DNA of 64,000 nucleotides from positions 5,351 through 69,350 of IMG/VR virus record IMGVR_UViG_3300008255_000135. One strand, written 5' to 3'. A program made the position numbers and the translations under genes. This DNA comes from a virus. Lineage: Duplodnaviria; Caudoviricetes. How positions within the stretch are numbered: the stretch's first letter is position 1; each line of letters opens with the position of its first letter. This document shows, piece after piece, positions 24,865 through 34,921 of the stretch. The notes under the pieces are model-generated. The model had not been told where the DNA came from. It saw only the letters and a program-made list of their open reading frames with translations, and ran no database searches.

Positions 24865-25331
24865 CGACCATCTACCTCTACATCGCCGCGCGCCAGGACC
24901 CCCACCCCATCACCGGGAAGAAGTGTCTCCGCGGCCGCATGGTCCTGGAGACGGGCGAGGAAGTCGCGGAGCTCTACGCCCACGACCAGGACGCCTTGTT
25001 CGAGCAAGCGAAGCATCCCGAGCTGATCCCCAAGGATCACCGGGTCGCGTTCGTCGAGGAGCCCGCCCGTCACCCGGTCCTGAGCAAGATCCTCGCGGCC
25101 GAGGAAGCCCCCGAGGGAGGGCCGCCCGGGGCCGAGTTCTTCGAGCCCGAGAACCTGGAGCTCCTACATCGGGAGCACCATCTGTGTGGGACGTGCCTAC
25201 ACGAGAAGGTGTGTGCGGTGGCGACCCACCCACTGGCGGGTCAGCTCCTGTTGACGATCGCCGGTTGCCGAGGCTACTCGCCCGGGTCCGTCGACACCGA
25301 GGACTCGGGTGGCGCGGGCGGTTCCGACTGA
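24861..25331 (+). CDS. Hypothetical protein with C-terminal Cys/His cluster
   Basis: ATGA overlap with ruvC; CGTCLHEKVC...C. Confidence 0.7.
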   Translation: MTTIYLYIAARQDPHPITGKKCLRGRMVLETGEEVAELYAHDQDALFEQAKHPELIPKDHRVAFVEEPARHPVLSKILAAEEAPEGGPPGAEFFEPENLELLHREHHLCGTCLHEKVCAVATHPLAGQLLLTIAGCRGYSPGSVDTEDSGGAGGSD

Positions 25332-25537
25332 CTCGGGGCGGGCTCCTCCGAGTCAGCCGGCTCCACCCGCTTCCCAATCCCGCGGATGGCGGCCCCGATC
25401 ATGAACAACAGCAAGACCTGGCGAGGGGTGAGCATCGCCAGGAACGACTCGTCCATGGTGAGCTGGAGCAGGGCGTCCGCCAGTAGAGCGAACGCAGTGG
25501 TGAGGGCAGCCACGATATCGACTAGGGTCAGCTTCAT
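25274..25537 (-). CDS. Holin-like protein with two transmembrane segments
   Basis: Two hydrophobic segments and a charged tail; end of the late operon. Confidence 0.5.
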   Translation of the reverse strand: MKLTLVDIVAALTTAFALLADALLQLTMDESFLAMLTPRQVLLLFMIGAAIRGIGKRVEPADSEEPAPSQSEPPAPPESSVSTDPGE

Positions 25538-25737
25538 GATGGGATCTCGGTAACGGCGGTGTCCCCAAGCAGTCGATCAGCGCTTCGGGTCAGGGACCGG
25601 ATGGTGATGAGGAGAAGGCTCGCCTGCACGGGGTAGTCCGAGCGAACGACCTCCGCGACTTCCAGTAGCGCACGCTTCGCGGCGGCCACTTCAACGAGGT
25701 GGCGGAGGATGGTTTCCTGGCGCTCGTGTTCGTCCAT
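25534..25737 (-). CDS. Hypothetical protein
   Basis: 67-aa ORF with ATGA coupling to the downstream gene. Confidence 0.6.
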   Translation of the reverse strand: MDEHERQETILRHLVEVAAAKRALLEVAEVVRSDYPVQASLLLITIRSLTRSADRLLGDTAVTEIPS

Positions 25738-25912
25738 GCTTGCGTATCACTCGCTGGAGGTCATCCAGGTACTCGGCGGACTTGGCACGCAAGGGGTGCT
25801 CGGGATCAACGACCCGCGCCAACGTCCGTTGGTACTGGTGCTCCGATTCGAGCAAAGATCGTGGATCGAAGCCATCGGGAACAGAGAGGAGTTGGAGGGT
25901 TGGTGCAGCCAC
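25691..25912 (-). CDS. Hypothetical protein
   Basis: GTG with GGAG RBS; overlaps the next ORF by 47 bp. Confidence 0.5.
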   Translation of the reverse strand: MAAPTLQLLSVPDGFDPRSLLESEHQYQRTLARVVDPEHPLRAKSAEYLDDLQRVIRKHGRTRAPGNHPPPPR

Positions 25913-25915
25913 TGA

Positions 25916-26533
25916 TTACTCCGTGAGGTCCCCCAGGGGGTTGGCCGGATCGTACCCGACTTTTCCACCTTCGCGCGCGGCCTTGATGGCGTTGGCCTTC
26001 GCACGCCCCTCCTGGACCGACTCCGGCTCCTGTACGCTCCGCGCCCTCGGCGAGATGTGGTCGATCTTGTCGACGATGTAGTCCGTGGTCTCCGAGAGCT
26101 GGACCTGCTGGTCGAGCTGGATCTCCACGATCCGGTCGATCTTGGTGTCCGTCAGCGCTTGCTTCCGTTCTAGCTCGACCATCGGGGTCGAGACGGCGTT
26201 CTCCATCGCCTCGGTCTCCCTTGCCTGCTCGACCCCCTCCGCGACCGTGGGGTCCGGCTTGTTGGACTGGACGTACCCGAGCAACCCAGCGGCACCAGCC
26301 AGGAGCGTCGCCAGGGGTCCGAGGACCCACTTCTTGATGAACTCGCGGTTTTTCGTCCGTACCTGTTGGCTCTTGACCTGCTCGTTTATGAGCTCTCGGA
26401 TCAAGGCCTCGGTGGTCCGGGTGTCGTCGCGGGCGCGGAGGTTCTCCGCCTGGAGCTGGCGGATTTGCGTCAGCTCCGCGCGCAGCTCATTCGATACTGC
26501 GCGAACTGCGGAATCCGTGGCCCCACCCGACAT
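25916..26533 (-). CDS. Single-TM coiled-coil membrane protein (possible lysis accessory)
   Basis: Coiled coil, TM VLGPLATLLAGAAGLLGYV, second coiled coil. Confidence 0.7.
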   Translation of the reverse strand: MSGGATDSAVRAVSNELRAELTQIRQLQAENLRARDDTRTTEALIRELINEQVKSQQVRTKNREFIKKWVLGPLATLLAGAAGLLGYVQSNKPDPTVAEGVEQARETEAMENAVSTPMVELERKQALTDTKIDRIVEIQLDQQVQLSETTDYIVDKIDHISPRARSVQEPESVQEGRAKANAIKAAREGGKVGYDPANPLGDLTE

Positions 26534-26602
26534 GCCGGCAGAGTACCACAAGGGTGGTCCATGGATACCCATCTGTCGCGTTATGCGACAGTGTCCTTTC
26601 GA

Positions 26603-28255
26603 CTACTGCGCGGACGAGAAGACCATCAATCGCCAGGAGATAGCGAAGTTCTTGACCAGCCCGGCGTTGGCGCCCCACTCGGTCCGAATGGCCATCTGGC
26701 CACTACCCAGCGATTGCAGCGAGATCGAGGCGAAGTCGTCAGCCCCGCCATTCAGGAGCGTTGGCGTGAACGTCATGTTCCCGAGCACCGTCCCAGAGCC
26801 GGCAGCTTGGCTCAGCGCTCCGGTGAAGTGGTAATGAGTCGCATCGACGGGGTTCGAGCTGTCGTCCCAGAACAGGAGGTCACCTTCGACCCCAACAACC
26901 GTTGTCTGGACCGCGGAACCGCCACGGTTCCAAATCACCAAATCCTTCTCGGTAATCCCTGCGCCCAAGGTGTGGGTGGTGGTGAAGCCGTGCTCGCGGA
27001 GGGGGGACTGGGTTCCCTCGTGAAGGAATGTCCACGACGAGGCGGTGTTCGCTGCGTCCCTTGGGGTCCGCTGAATCTGCGCTCCGTTCCCAATGCCCAC
27101 CAGCATCAGGGCGTCGATCCGCGCACCCGCGTCGAAATCGATCGCAGCGCTGAAATCCCACGCTCCGGTAACGGTTTCCGCGGCGGCGATTCGGGTCGCC
27201 TTTTGGGCGAGGTCGTCCAGCGCATCCGCCACGCTCCCCACCGAGGCGTACCGGGTGGAGAAGGTCAAGTCGTCGAATCCGACCTTCCCCGCCCCGTCGA
27301 AGCCCGGCCCAATGCCGGCCAGGTCGGTCACGATTCGGTCGAGGGTCGCCTCGATGTCGGTTGCCACCGCGGTGCTGACTGGTGTCCCATCCTTCCAGTT
27401 CGCCAGGTTGGCCCGGTCCACCCCCACAAGCGAAGCACCCGGGATCCCCTGGTCACTCAGGTCCGCGACGATCCCGTTTAGCGCGGCGGTAACCTGGGTC
27501 GCGGCCTTGAAGTCCGCCCACGCGACATCGCCCACCGGCGTGAACGTGATCGCGGTCCCCGGGTGAGCGTTCCCCAAGTTCGCAATGTGCGTATTCAGCT
27601 CAGTCAGGACCCCCTGCATCGCTTGGGGGATCGGACCTACCCGGATGCTCGCGGGGGCGGACGCGGTGAGGTTGAAGATCCACTCGAACCGAGAGTTGGG
27701 CTTGGTGACCACGTCCGCCGACTCGATGGCGGCGTCTTCGATCTGCGTGTCCCCGTGGGCCAGAAGGAAGTCGGCGATCAACAACGCGTCGGGGAGTAGC
27801 CCCGGCCGGGTCGCCGTACCTGAGGCTGCTTCCGCTCCCTGGACCACGACGAACGAGTAGCCCTCGTCCTGGCGGTAGTAAACGGGGACCCCGTTCCCGA
27901 AACGCAGGTCACTGGCGACGCGCTCGAACTGGACGACCACCGAGACCCACTTCTCGTTGCCGGGGTTGGCGACCGCGGTGGGGCTGCCCCCGGAGTCCAC
28001 GCTCACGTCGAGGGTCACCGAGCTGGGCATGAAGATCCGCCGACCCTCTTGGTCGTAGGCCTTTCCGGGACCCCCGATGTCTACCGTCAAGTCGGGGATC
28101 GGCGCGTGCTCGACCACCCCGAACCCGGAGACCACCCCGATATAGGCTTGGTCCGACATCAACGCACGGTCAGCCGCCTCGAAGTTCGCCTGGAGCTGGT
28201 CCAGGTCACTCTCCTGCACCAGCTGCTCAAAGTAGAAGTCGAGAAGATTCGCCAT
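26603..28255 (-). CDS. Tail fibre / baseplate-attached protein
   Basis: N-terminal LLDFYFEQLVQESDLDQLQ baseplate-attachment-like region; last large gene of the tail module. Confidence 0.7.
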   Translation of the reverse strand: MANLLDFYFEQLVQESDLDQLQANFEAADRALMSDQAYIGVVSGFGVVEHAPIPDLTVDIGGPGKAYDQEGRRIFMPSSVTLDVSVDSGGSPTAVANPGNEKWVSVVVQFERVASDLRFGNGVPVYYRQDEGYSFVVVQGAEAASGTATRPGLLPDALLIADFLLAHGDTQIEDAAIESADVVTKPNSRFEWIFNLTASAPASIRVGPIPQAMQGVLTELNTHIANLGNAHPGTAITFTPVGDVAWADFKAATQVTAALNGIVADLSDQGIPGASLVGVDRANLANWKDGTPVSTAVATDIEATLDRIVTDLAGIGPGFDGAGKVGFDDLTFSTRYASVGSVADALDDLAQKATRIAAAETVTGAWDFSAAIDFDAGARIDALMLVGIGNGAQIQRTPRDAANTASSWTFLHEGTQSPLREHGFTTTHTLGAGITEKDLVIWNRGGSAVQTTVVGVEGDLLFWDDSSNPVDATHYHFTGALSQAAGSGTVLGNMTFTPTLLNGGADDFASISLQSLGSGQMAIRTEWGANAGLVKNFAISWRLMVFSSAQ

Positions 28256-28259
28256 GTCG

Positions 28260-30344
28260 TTAGCCTCCGAGAACAGTCGACTCCCCGAGGGAGCTCACAC
28301 CGAGATACCAGTACGTGGTGGGCGTCACAACATCCCCGGGCTCGCGGACCCCAAGGATGTGCTCGTGCGCGGGCTTCATGTAGGTGGCGATCTTCACCAT
28401 CTTGTCGCGCTGGTCTTCGGTGAGCAGGAGCGGCGAGACGATGTAGAACGAGTACCAGAGCGGAGAACCCGAGGATGGGCCGATCTTGGTCGACACCCCG
28501 AGGTAGTCCACGCCGATCCGCCAGTAGTCCCGGTCATTCAGGATGTCCAGCTCGACCTCGATGCCGAGGAAAAACCGGATTGCATTGATGATGCCGGGCT
28601 GAGTCCCCTTCTGCTTGTAGATACTAAGCAGGACTCGTGCCAACTTTCGCTTTTCGAGGACGGAAAGCGAGAGAAACGTGAAGGGGTTTCCGAGGTCCCG
28701 CAGAATCGCATTCAGGAACGGTTCGGGGGCTCGGTCGATGTCGATGATCTCGGTCCACCGGTCTACCGAGTGGAGGAGCAGATCGACCACATCCTGGAGG
28801 CAAAGGACGAACTTTCGCAGCGGCCGATCCGGGAAGGCCTCGTCGCGCCGCCGGTCCGTGTCCGAGAGCATGTCCCACAGCGCGAAGCTCCGACCCGGGG
28901 GACCCACCGGCCGGAACGCCGTGAACTCCACGCTGTTGGCAGCGGGGTTCACCGCGTTTCTCTGCGCATCCTCGACCCCCACCACCGAGACCTCGTAGAG
29001 CGCCCCGTAGGAGAGCTCGATGTTCGTGGCCAGGTCCACCTGGTACGCGGTGACCAGGGTGACCCCGGTCACCACAACCTGCACCGCGGGGCTCGACTTG
29101 GGGGTGAGCGTGTACGCGGTGGGGTCGTCCGCTCCGATGCCGACCGGCTCGGAGAAGGTCACACGGACCTGGCGCTGATCCCGAGCCTGCGCCGCGGTGA
29201 CGGTGGGGGCGATCGTGTCGGCCGAGGTCCAGCTCCACGTCTCGGCGATCGTGTCCCCAGCGAGGGTCTCCGCGACGACGCGAACGGGGACCAGCTCCTC
29301 CGAGGCCAGGGCCCCGATCGCGGAGGCGTCGATCTCGAACTCCACATCTCGGGAGGCGGGGCCCGTCGCGGTCGTGACGGTGCCGGAGTACCCGGGGTTG
29401 AACCCTCCATCGTAGACCTGGACCCCCCGAACGTAGACCTGGGTCTTGGTCAGGTCGATGGCACTCGCCGTGGTGTTGAGCAGGTGGAACCGGAGCTCCC
29501 CGAGCACGTCCGCGGGCCATCCGACGGACTCGGGTGGGGGGTACTGGTTGGCCAGCTCGATGGCATCGGCGGTTTCGTCGAAGTCGAGGAAGTCGACCCA
29601 CACCGCCGGGAGTTCGAGCTCGACCGGGTCCGCCCCCGTCGTGGCCACGCGCAGCTCCAGCCGGACGGTCTGGGATCCGGCGAGGCCGCTCAGATTCACC
29701 GCCACGTCCCCCAGCGCATACTCGGCGGGGGCGTCCGGGGTCGTCACCCATGGGCAGGGGATCTCGACCTCGTAGGTCCCCACGCGGGCGACGAACACCC
29801 AGTACCCCGGCAGCTCCCCCCGCCAGCGCGCGGCGCCCCGAAGCCGGAGGATCTTCGCGTCGTTGACCGCGGCCGCTTGCTCAGCTCGGAAGTAGTCGCC
29901 ATCCGCAAAGGTCCAGGTCTCCCCCGACCGGTCGCTCCCGAGCACCAAGGACCACCGTCCGACCGTGCCCAGCGTCAGCGCCGTGGGCAGCTGGATCACG
30001 TTCTGCGCCGCGCCCCCGAGGACCTTCAAGCTCGCGGTAGGTCCGGTGGCGTCCGTCGAGACCCGCACGCGACCCGCCTCGGCGATCGCGGAGATCCCCG
30101 GGATCGCGTTGAACACCGCCGCCACGGCTGCCGCGCTGGTGTCCGACGAGGCAAATTCGACCCCCATGGTGGGTCCGCCGTTGATCGACAGGAGCAAGAG
30201 CTCCTCGTCCTCCAGGGCGAAGGGCTCCGATGCCAACGACACCAGCACCGCGGGCGCGGGGTTGTCGCGCGGGTCGGACTCGTGGGTCGCCGGTTGGAGC
30301 CGGCCCTGGTCCCGGCCCAAGCGGTAGGTGAAGGGATCGGCCAT
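28260..30344 (-). CDS. Baseplate wedge protein (P2 gpI-like C-terminus) with Ig-like domains
   Basis: DIDRAPEPFLNAILRDLG...YKQKGTQPGIINAIRFFLG...YMKPAH. Confidence 0.8.
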   Translation of the reverse strand: MADPFTYRLGRDQGRLQPATHESDPRDNPAPAVLVSLASEPFALEDEELLLLSINGGPTMGVEFASSDTSAAAVAAVFNAIPGISAIAEAGRVRVSTDATGPTASLKVLGGAAQNVIQLPTALTLGTVGRWSLVLGSDRSGETWTFADGDYFRAEQAAAVNDAKILRLRGAARWRGELPGYWVFVARVGTYEVEIPCPWVTTPDAPAEYALGDVAVNLSGLAGSQTVRLELRVATTGADPVELELPAVWVDFLDFDETADAIELANQYPPPESVGWPADVLGELRFHLLNTTASAIDLTKTQVYVRGVQVYDGGFNPGYSGTVTTATGPASRDVEFEIDASAIGALASEELVPVRVVAETLAGDTIAETWSWTSADTIAPTVTAAQARDQRQVRVTFSEPVGIGADDPTAYTLTPKSSPAVQVVVTGVTLVTAYQVDLATNIELSYGALYEVSVVGVEDAQRNAVNPAANSVEFTAFRPVGPPGRSFALWDMLSDTDRRRDEAFPDRPLRKFVLCLQDVVDLLLHSVDRWTEIIDIDRAPEPFLNAILRDLGNPFTFLSLSVLEKRKLARVLLSIYKQKGTQPGIINAIRFFLGIEVELDILNDRDYWRIGVDYLGVSTKIGPSSGSPLWYSFYIVSPLLLTEDQRDKMVKIATYMKPAHEHILGVREPGDVVTPTTYWYLGVSSLGESTVLGG

Positions 30345-31054
30345 CAGATCGTGCGCGCGAGGGTGACGTGATCGACTCCGCCGATCACCCCGCTCGTGGA
30401 GCTGCGGAAGGCGAAGCCCGCTCGCCCACCCGAGTCGAGGCCGGGAGATCCGCTGTTGACCCCCAGGACATCGTCGGTGAAGTCGGCCATGCCGGCGATC
30501 GCCGTCCAGACCGGAGCGGTCACGGGGTTGGCGTCGAGATCGTTGCGGAAACACCGCAAGATCACGTCCCCGCTGGGGTTCACGATCACGTCCAGTCGCA
30601 GGTGGACCCAGTCCCCGAGGTCGATCGACTCGGTCGACTTGCGGAGGATGCCCTGCTCGCCCACGTTCGCGTCGGGGAGCCCCCCGACCAGCGTCCCCTT
30701 GCGGAGCACGATCGCCCCAGGGTCGCCCGCGCTCAGCCCGAGGAGGTAGCCCTCCGCGACCTGGACATCGTCGCTCTGGGCCTGGAAGAACAGGAACGAC
30801 GACATCGCCGCGGGGTCACCCGAGAGCCGCAGCAGCGAGCCCGTGATCTGCCCGCCGTTATTCCCGGGGATCGGATTGAAGTTGGCGACGTTTGCTCGAA
30901 GCGCGACGATGCCGGTGACCCCGTTGGCGATAGCGCGGAACCCGTAGAGATGGGTGCCGCCGCCGTTCGGCCGATCGATCCCCGCGGTGACTCCTCGCGC
31001 AACCGAAGCCGCGTCGAGAGAGTTGCTCATGATGGCCCAATCGGTAGACGCCAT
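30344..31054 (-). CDS. Virion protein, possible beta-sandwich / lectin-like fold
   Basis: Beta-rich 236-aa ORF coupled inside the baseplate cluster. Confidence 0.6.
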   Translation of the reverse strand: MASTDWAIMSNSLDAASVARGVTAGIDRPNGGGTHLYGFRAIANGVTGIVALRANVANFNPIPGNNGGQITGSLLRLSGDPAAMSSFLFFQAQSDDVQVAEGYLLGLSAGDPGAIVLRKGTLVGGLPDANVGEQGILRKSTESIDLGDWVHLRLDVIVNPSGDVILRCFRNDLDANPVTAPVWTAIAGMADFTDDVLGVNSGSPGLDSGGRAGFAFRSSTSGVIGGVDHVTLARTI

Positions 31055-31066
31055 GTTTCACTTCCC

Positions 31067-32875
31067 TTACAGGACCGGGTTCCGGTCCGCGCCGCCCCAC
31101 TGTACGTCAGGTCGGACGGCTCCGTCGAACGCCTTGTAGATCTGGCTCGGCTGCGTCCCGCCGGTCCCGACCACGATCCCCGTCGAGGTCAGATCCGTGA
31201 CTCGAACCCGCGCCCCGGACTGGACCGCGGTGACCTCCAGGGGAAGGTCGTTCACGCGCGCGGTGAGTTCGGCCGCCACGTCCGACGGACCATCGCCGCC
31301 AAGCGCAACATACGCAGTGGGGAAGCCGTTGACGACGATGGCGTAGGTGTGCCCCGTGGTCACCGCAGCGACCAGGATCTCGGAGTGGACCGCCGAGTAG
31401 GGCGTGAAGCCATCCGAGGTCGTGCCCTGGCCGAACACCAGGTTCGTGAGCGCCCCCAGGAACGTGGTGTCGCCCTCGTTGCCGCTCCACTGCTCGTTGA
31501 AGTCCTCGACCGCCTCACCATCGAACTGGGCCGTGGTCGTGGTCCCGAGCGCTTGCGTGTCCCCCTCATTGCCGGGAGTCGCGGGCCAGCCCTGCGCGAA
31601 GGCCTCGAACGCCGTGCCCGGGGGATAGGCGGTGTTGAACCCCGCAGCCACGACCGCCGGCAGCTCGGAGACCAGGGGTAGCCACAGGTCGAACACCTCC
31701 GCGAGGTAGATCCCCCCAAAGAGTGCGGGGTTCACGATCCCCAGCTCCGTCAGGTCGTCCTCGGCGGACAGCCATCCGATGGTGAAGTCCTCCACGGCGA
31801 GGAACGAAACCCCAACCGCGAACTCCGCGAACTCCCACACGCTGGAGGTCGAGCTGAGTGTCCAGCCTTGCGCGGTGCCGGGCGCCGTCTCGCCACACGC
31901 AAGCGTCTCCGGGAAGGCCAGCGCAAGGTTGGCCGCGCCCCCGATCACCGAGAAGCACTGGTCCGCCCCCGAGGCCAACAACGCGAGCTCCACCTGCGCG
32001 CCGGAGGCTGTCGCCTCGAACGACTCGGCCTGCGCGTTGATGCGGGCAACGACTTCCGCCACTGAGGCCGCCGCGATGTCCACGAAGAACTGCACCCCGC
32101 TCGCCCCCGCCGGGAAGGCGAAAGTCGCAGCCGCGGTACCGCCGGTGACATTGATCAGCGAGGCGGACCCCTTGGTCTGGCTGGCGATCGCAACCGCCCC
32201 GTCCACGGGCCAGGCTTCCCCGCCTCCGACCGCCGCGAGGATGTCGGCCGCGACCTCGGCAGCCATCGCGGCGCTGATCGTTTGGATGTAGCCCGTCCCC
32301 GCGACGCCCGCGGGGAACCCCAGCGCAGCCGCGGCGTTCCCGTCGATCACCCGGACCAAGGCGGTCGCGCCCTTGAAGACGGTCGTGAGCTCGACCTCGG
32401 TCGGGGTCGCCGCGACCGTCACACCCGAGAGCGCGGCGTCGAGGACCGCAACAACCTCCGCGGCGGTGGCCGCCGTGATGTCGGCGAAGTCCTCCGCGTT
32501 GAAGACCACGTAGGTGGGGACCCCGTTGATCTCCACCCCGAGGAACTGGCCGTCCGCGAGCGCAAACGGCTGCGAGTTCCCGCTGGTCAGGACCGATGGG
32601 GTCGCCTCGTTGAAGGTGACCAGCTGAGCCGGGCCGCCGTCCACCGCTACGGTCAGCGTCCAACCCGCGGTTAGCGCGTACGGGCCGACATTCGCGGCCA
32701 CGATGGTGGACTTGGAGCCGACCTCGAACACCAGCTCCTCGCCCCCCGCGGGGGTCTCGACTTCGAGCGTGGCCCCGTCAAGTAGGAGAAACGGAGCTGC
32801 GCCGCCGGAAAGCAGCGTCGCCACGGTTCCCCCGGCGATCTCGAACGAGGGGTTGAGGTACGCGGCCGCGGTCAC
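31067..32875 (-). CDS. Ala/Gly-rich virion protein with internal repeats
   Basis: Repeated PFAL.DG...v.in...F...AA.A.EVVA unit, also present in the sheath. Confidence 0.75.
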   Translation of the reverse strand: MTAAAYLNPSFEIAGGTVATLLSGGAAPFLLLDGATLEVETPAGGEELVFEVGSKSTIVAANVGPYALTAGWTLTVAVDGGPAQLVTFNEATPSVLTSGNSQPFALADGQFLGVEINGVPTYVVFNAEDFADITAATAAEVVAVLDAALSGVTVAATPTEVELTTVFKGATALVRVIDGNAAAALGFPAGVAGTGYIQTISAAMAAEVAADILAAVGGGEAWPVDGAVAIASQTKGSASLINVTGGTAAATFAFPAGASGVQFFVDIAAASVAEVVARINAQAESFEATASGAQVELALLASGADQCFSVIGGAANLALAFPETLACGETAPGTAQGWTLSSTSSVWEFAEFAVGVSFLAVEDFTIGWLSAEDDLTELGIVNPALFGGIYLAEVFDLWLPLVSELPAVVAAGFNTAYPPGTAFEAFAQGWPATPGNEGDTQALGTTTTAQFDGEAVEDFNEQWSGNEGDTTFLGALTNLVFGQGTTSDGFTPYSAVHSEILVAAVTTGHTYAIVVNGFPTAYVALGGDGPSDVAAELTARVNDLPLEVTAVQSGARVRVTDLTSTGIVVGTGGTQPSQIYKAFDGAVRPDVQWGGADRNPVL

Positions 32876-34392
32876 AGAACCTCCCCGGTGTCCCCGTCAC
32901 GCAGCGTGATCACCCCGAGCACCGGGAACTCGTAGAGCTCCAGCGGGGCGTCCGCGTGCGACCCGTTGATCGTGAAGTCCTGGGGGCGGTCGCCGATCTT
33001 GCGAACACCCGTCGACGCCGCCACGACCTCGGCGAGCAGCTCCCCCATCAGCGGGATCTCCCGGGCGGGGGTCCCGTCCGCTTGCTTGCCCGCGAACCCG
33101 AACCCGATCTTTTCGTTGGGGGTCCCGTCGAGGTTCTCCAGCTGGAAGAACTCGGCCATCTTGGCCCGGACGTTGTTGCCAACCTGCGAAGGGGTGAACC
33201 CCGGCTTGCGGAACAACGTGATGTCGAAGTCGAAGGTCGCGTAGAGGGGGTCCACCACCTCGACCCGGAAGGTGACCGTGTTGGGCTTGGTGACCGTCAC
33301 CGCTTCGAGGACCAGGTCCTTCAAGACCGACGTGGGCAGGCCTCCCCCGACCGGGATCACGTAGAGGAACCCGCGGTTCTCGGGGATCCCCGGAGCCTGG
33401 TCCGCCGTGAGCATGAGCGCCCGCGCGACCCCTTGGACCGCCTCGGCCCCGATCTCGTAGTCGTCGAGGGCCACCGTCCGGTCTGAGACCCGGACCGACC
33501 TTGGCGCACGGAGCTTGATCTGCTCCGTCGACATCCGATCGGTCCCCCCGCTCGCGCGCGTCGGGTTGTTGACCGAGACCTGCACGGGGTTGCCGAGCTC
33601 GTCCGTGAAGGAGCCGTCGATCCGCGTGATCGTGTTGGCCTCCACGTTGCCCGCTCGCCCGCCGCCGGTCTTGTACTGCGCGCTGATCAACCCCACCGGG
33701 ATCGCGCCCGTCACCCCGTCCCCGAACCGGAGGTTCGCGCGGTGCGAGGCGTCCACCGAGACGACCACGTGGCGATCGAGGGCCCCGCTGTCCAAGTGCG
33801 AGTCCACGAGCGTGTAGGCGCCGTTCCCCGCGAGCACGACCAGCGAGTCATCGAGGTAGGGCGCTCCCGAGAGGCGGAACTCCTGGTCCGTGAGCCCGGT
33901 CGACTGGAAGTCCTCCTCGTAGTTCGCGGAGTTCTCGACGGTGACGAACGCCTGGGGTGGGTCCGTCCCCGCGGGGATCGTCAGCTCACCGATGAACTGG
34001 AAGCGCGCGGGCGCGTCGACATCCCGAGTTCGGACCTCCTGCCCGTCGGAGAAGACCACGTCCGCGAGGGGGACCTTGTCGAGCGTGACCAGGATGTCGG
34101 CACTCGCCGCGCTCGCCCCGGGCGTAGCGAACCCCAGCATCCGGGCGATCTTGATCGCGTTCTCGCGCAGCTCCAGGTCCGTCAGCCGCGACTCCTTGGC
34201 CTGGTTGTCCTGGTAGAACCCCAGGTAGTCGAACACGAACGCGAACAGCTCCTTGAGGATGTTCCCGAAGCTCGCCGCGGTGTGGTCGGTCCAGTCGGGG
34301 TACACGCCCGCGAGCAGATTGTTGAGCCGCGCAACAATCGCGTCGAAGTCCTTGTCCGTGTAGTCGAGGTTTTCGGGGAGGATCGCCATCAT
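32872..34392 (-). CDS. Baseplate J-like wedge protein
   Basis: LDYTDKDFDAI, LRFGDGVTGAIP, YKTGGGRAGNV, DRTVALDDYE. Confidence 0.92.
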   Translation of the reverse strand: MMAILPENLDYTDKDFDAIVARLNNLLAGVYPDWTDHTAASFGNILKELFAFVFDYLGFYQDNQAKESRLTDLELRENAIKIARMLGFATPGASAASADILVTLDKVPLADVVFSDGQEVRTRDVDAPARFQFIGELTIPAGTDPPQAFVTVENSANYEEDFQSTGLTDQEFRLSGAPYLDDSLVVLAGNGAYTLVDSHLDSGALDRHVVVSVDASHRANLRFGDGVTGAIPVGLISAQYKTGGGRAGNVEANTITRIDGSFTDELGNPVQVSVNNPTRASGGTDRMSTEQIKLRAPRSVRVSDRTVALDDYEIGAEAVQGVARALMLTADQAPGIPENRGFLYVIPVGGGLPTSVLKDLVLEAVTVTKPNTVTFRVEVVDPLYATFDFDITLFRKPGFTPSQVGNNVRAKMAEFFQLENLDGTPNEKIGFGFAGKQADGTPAREIPLMGELLAEVVAASTGVRKIGDRPQDFTINGSHADAPLELYEFPVLGVITLRDGDTGEVL

Positions 34393-34398
34393 GCACCG

Positions 34399-34920
34399 CT
34401 AGGAGAGGAAGACGGTCTGCCGGATGTCCGCAGCTCGCCGCCTCCCAAGAATCGCATAGAGCACGCCGATCCGCAGGATCTGCCCCGGTGGGGACCCCGG
34501 GGTCTGGTTCTCCTCGAAGTTCACGAGCGCGCCTTTGACGGTGATGCGCGGCTCCCAGATGCGAAGGGCGTCCACCACGTAGTACCGCGCGAGCTCCGAA
34601 GTCCCTTCCTCGGCGCCCATGTGGCGGAGTCGGTACAGGACGGACCCGAAGCTCGACTTCCACGGGTACTCGCCTCGGCTGGTGTCCGTGCGGCAGCGGA
34701 CCGAGAGGATCTGCTCGACCGAGGCCCGGATCGCCGCCTCCCCACACCCATGCTCGAAGTCGCCCCGGCCATCTCGGCGGAACGGCGCGACCACCCCACA
34801 CCCCTGGAGCTCCCCCACAATGTCCGCGTCCGGCCGGAGGACACGCGCCTCGAACGGGGCTTGCGTGGTCTCGGGCAGAGTCGCCGGTTGCTGGAGAAGC
34901 CATTCGAGGTCCTGGGGCAT
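34399..34920 (-). CDS. gp25/GPW-like baseplate protein
   Basis: IRASVEQIL...GEYPWKSSFGSVL...ALRIWEPRI. Confidence 0.9.
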   Translation of the reverse strand: MPQDLEWLLQQPATLPETTQAPFEARVLRPDADIVGELQGCGVVAPFRRDGRGDFEHGCGEAAIRASVEQILSVRCRTDTSRGEYPWKSSFGSVLYRLRHMGAEEGTSELARYYVVDALRIWEPRITVKGALVNFEENQTPGSPPGQILRIGVLYAILGRRRAADIRQTVFLS

Positions 34921-34921
34921 G

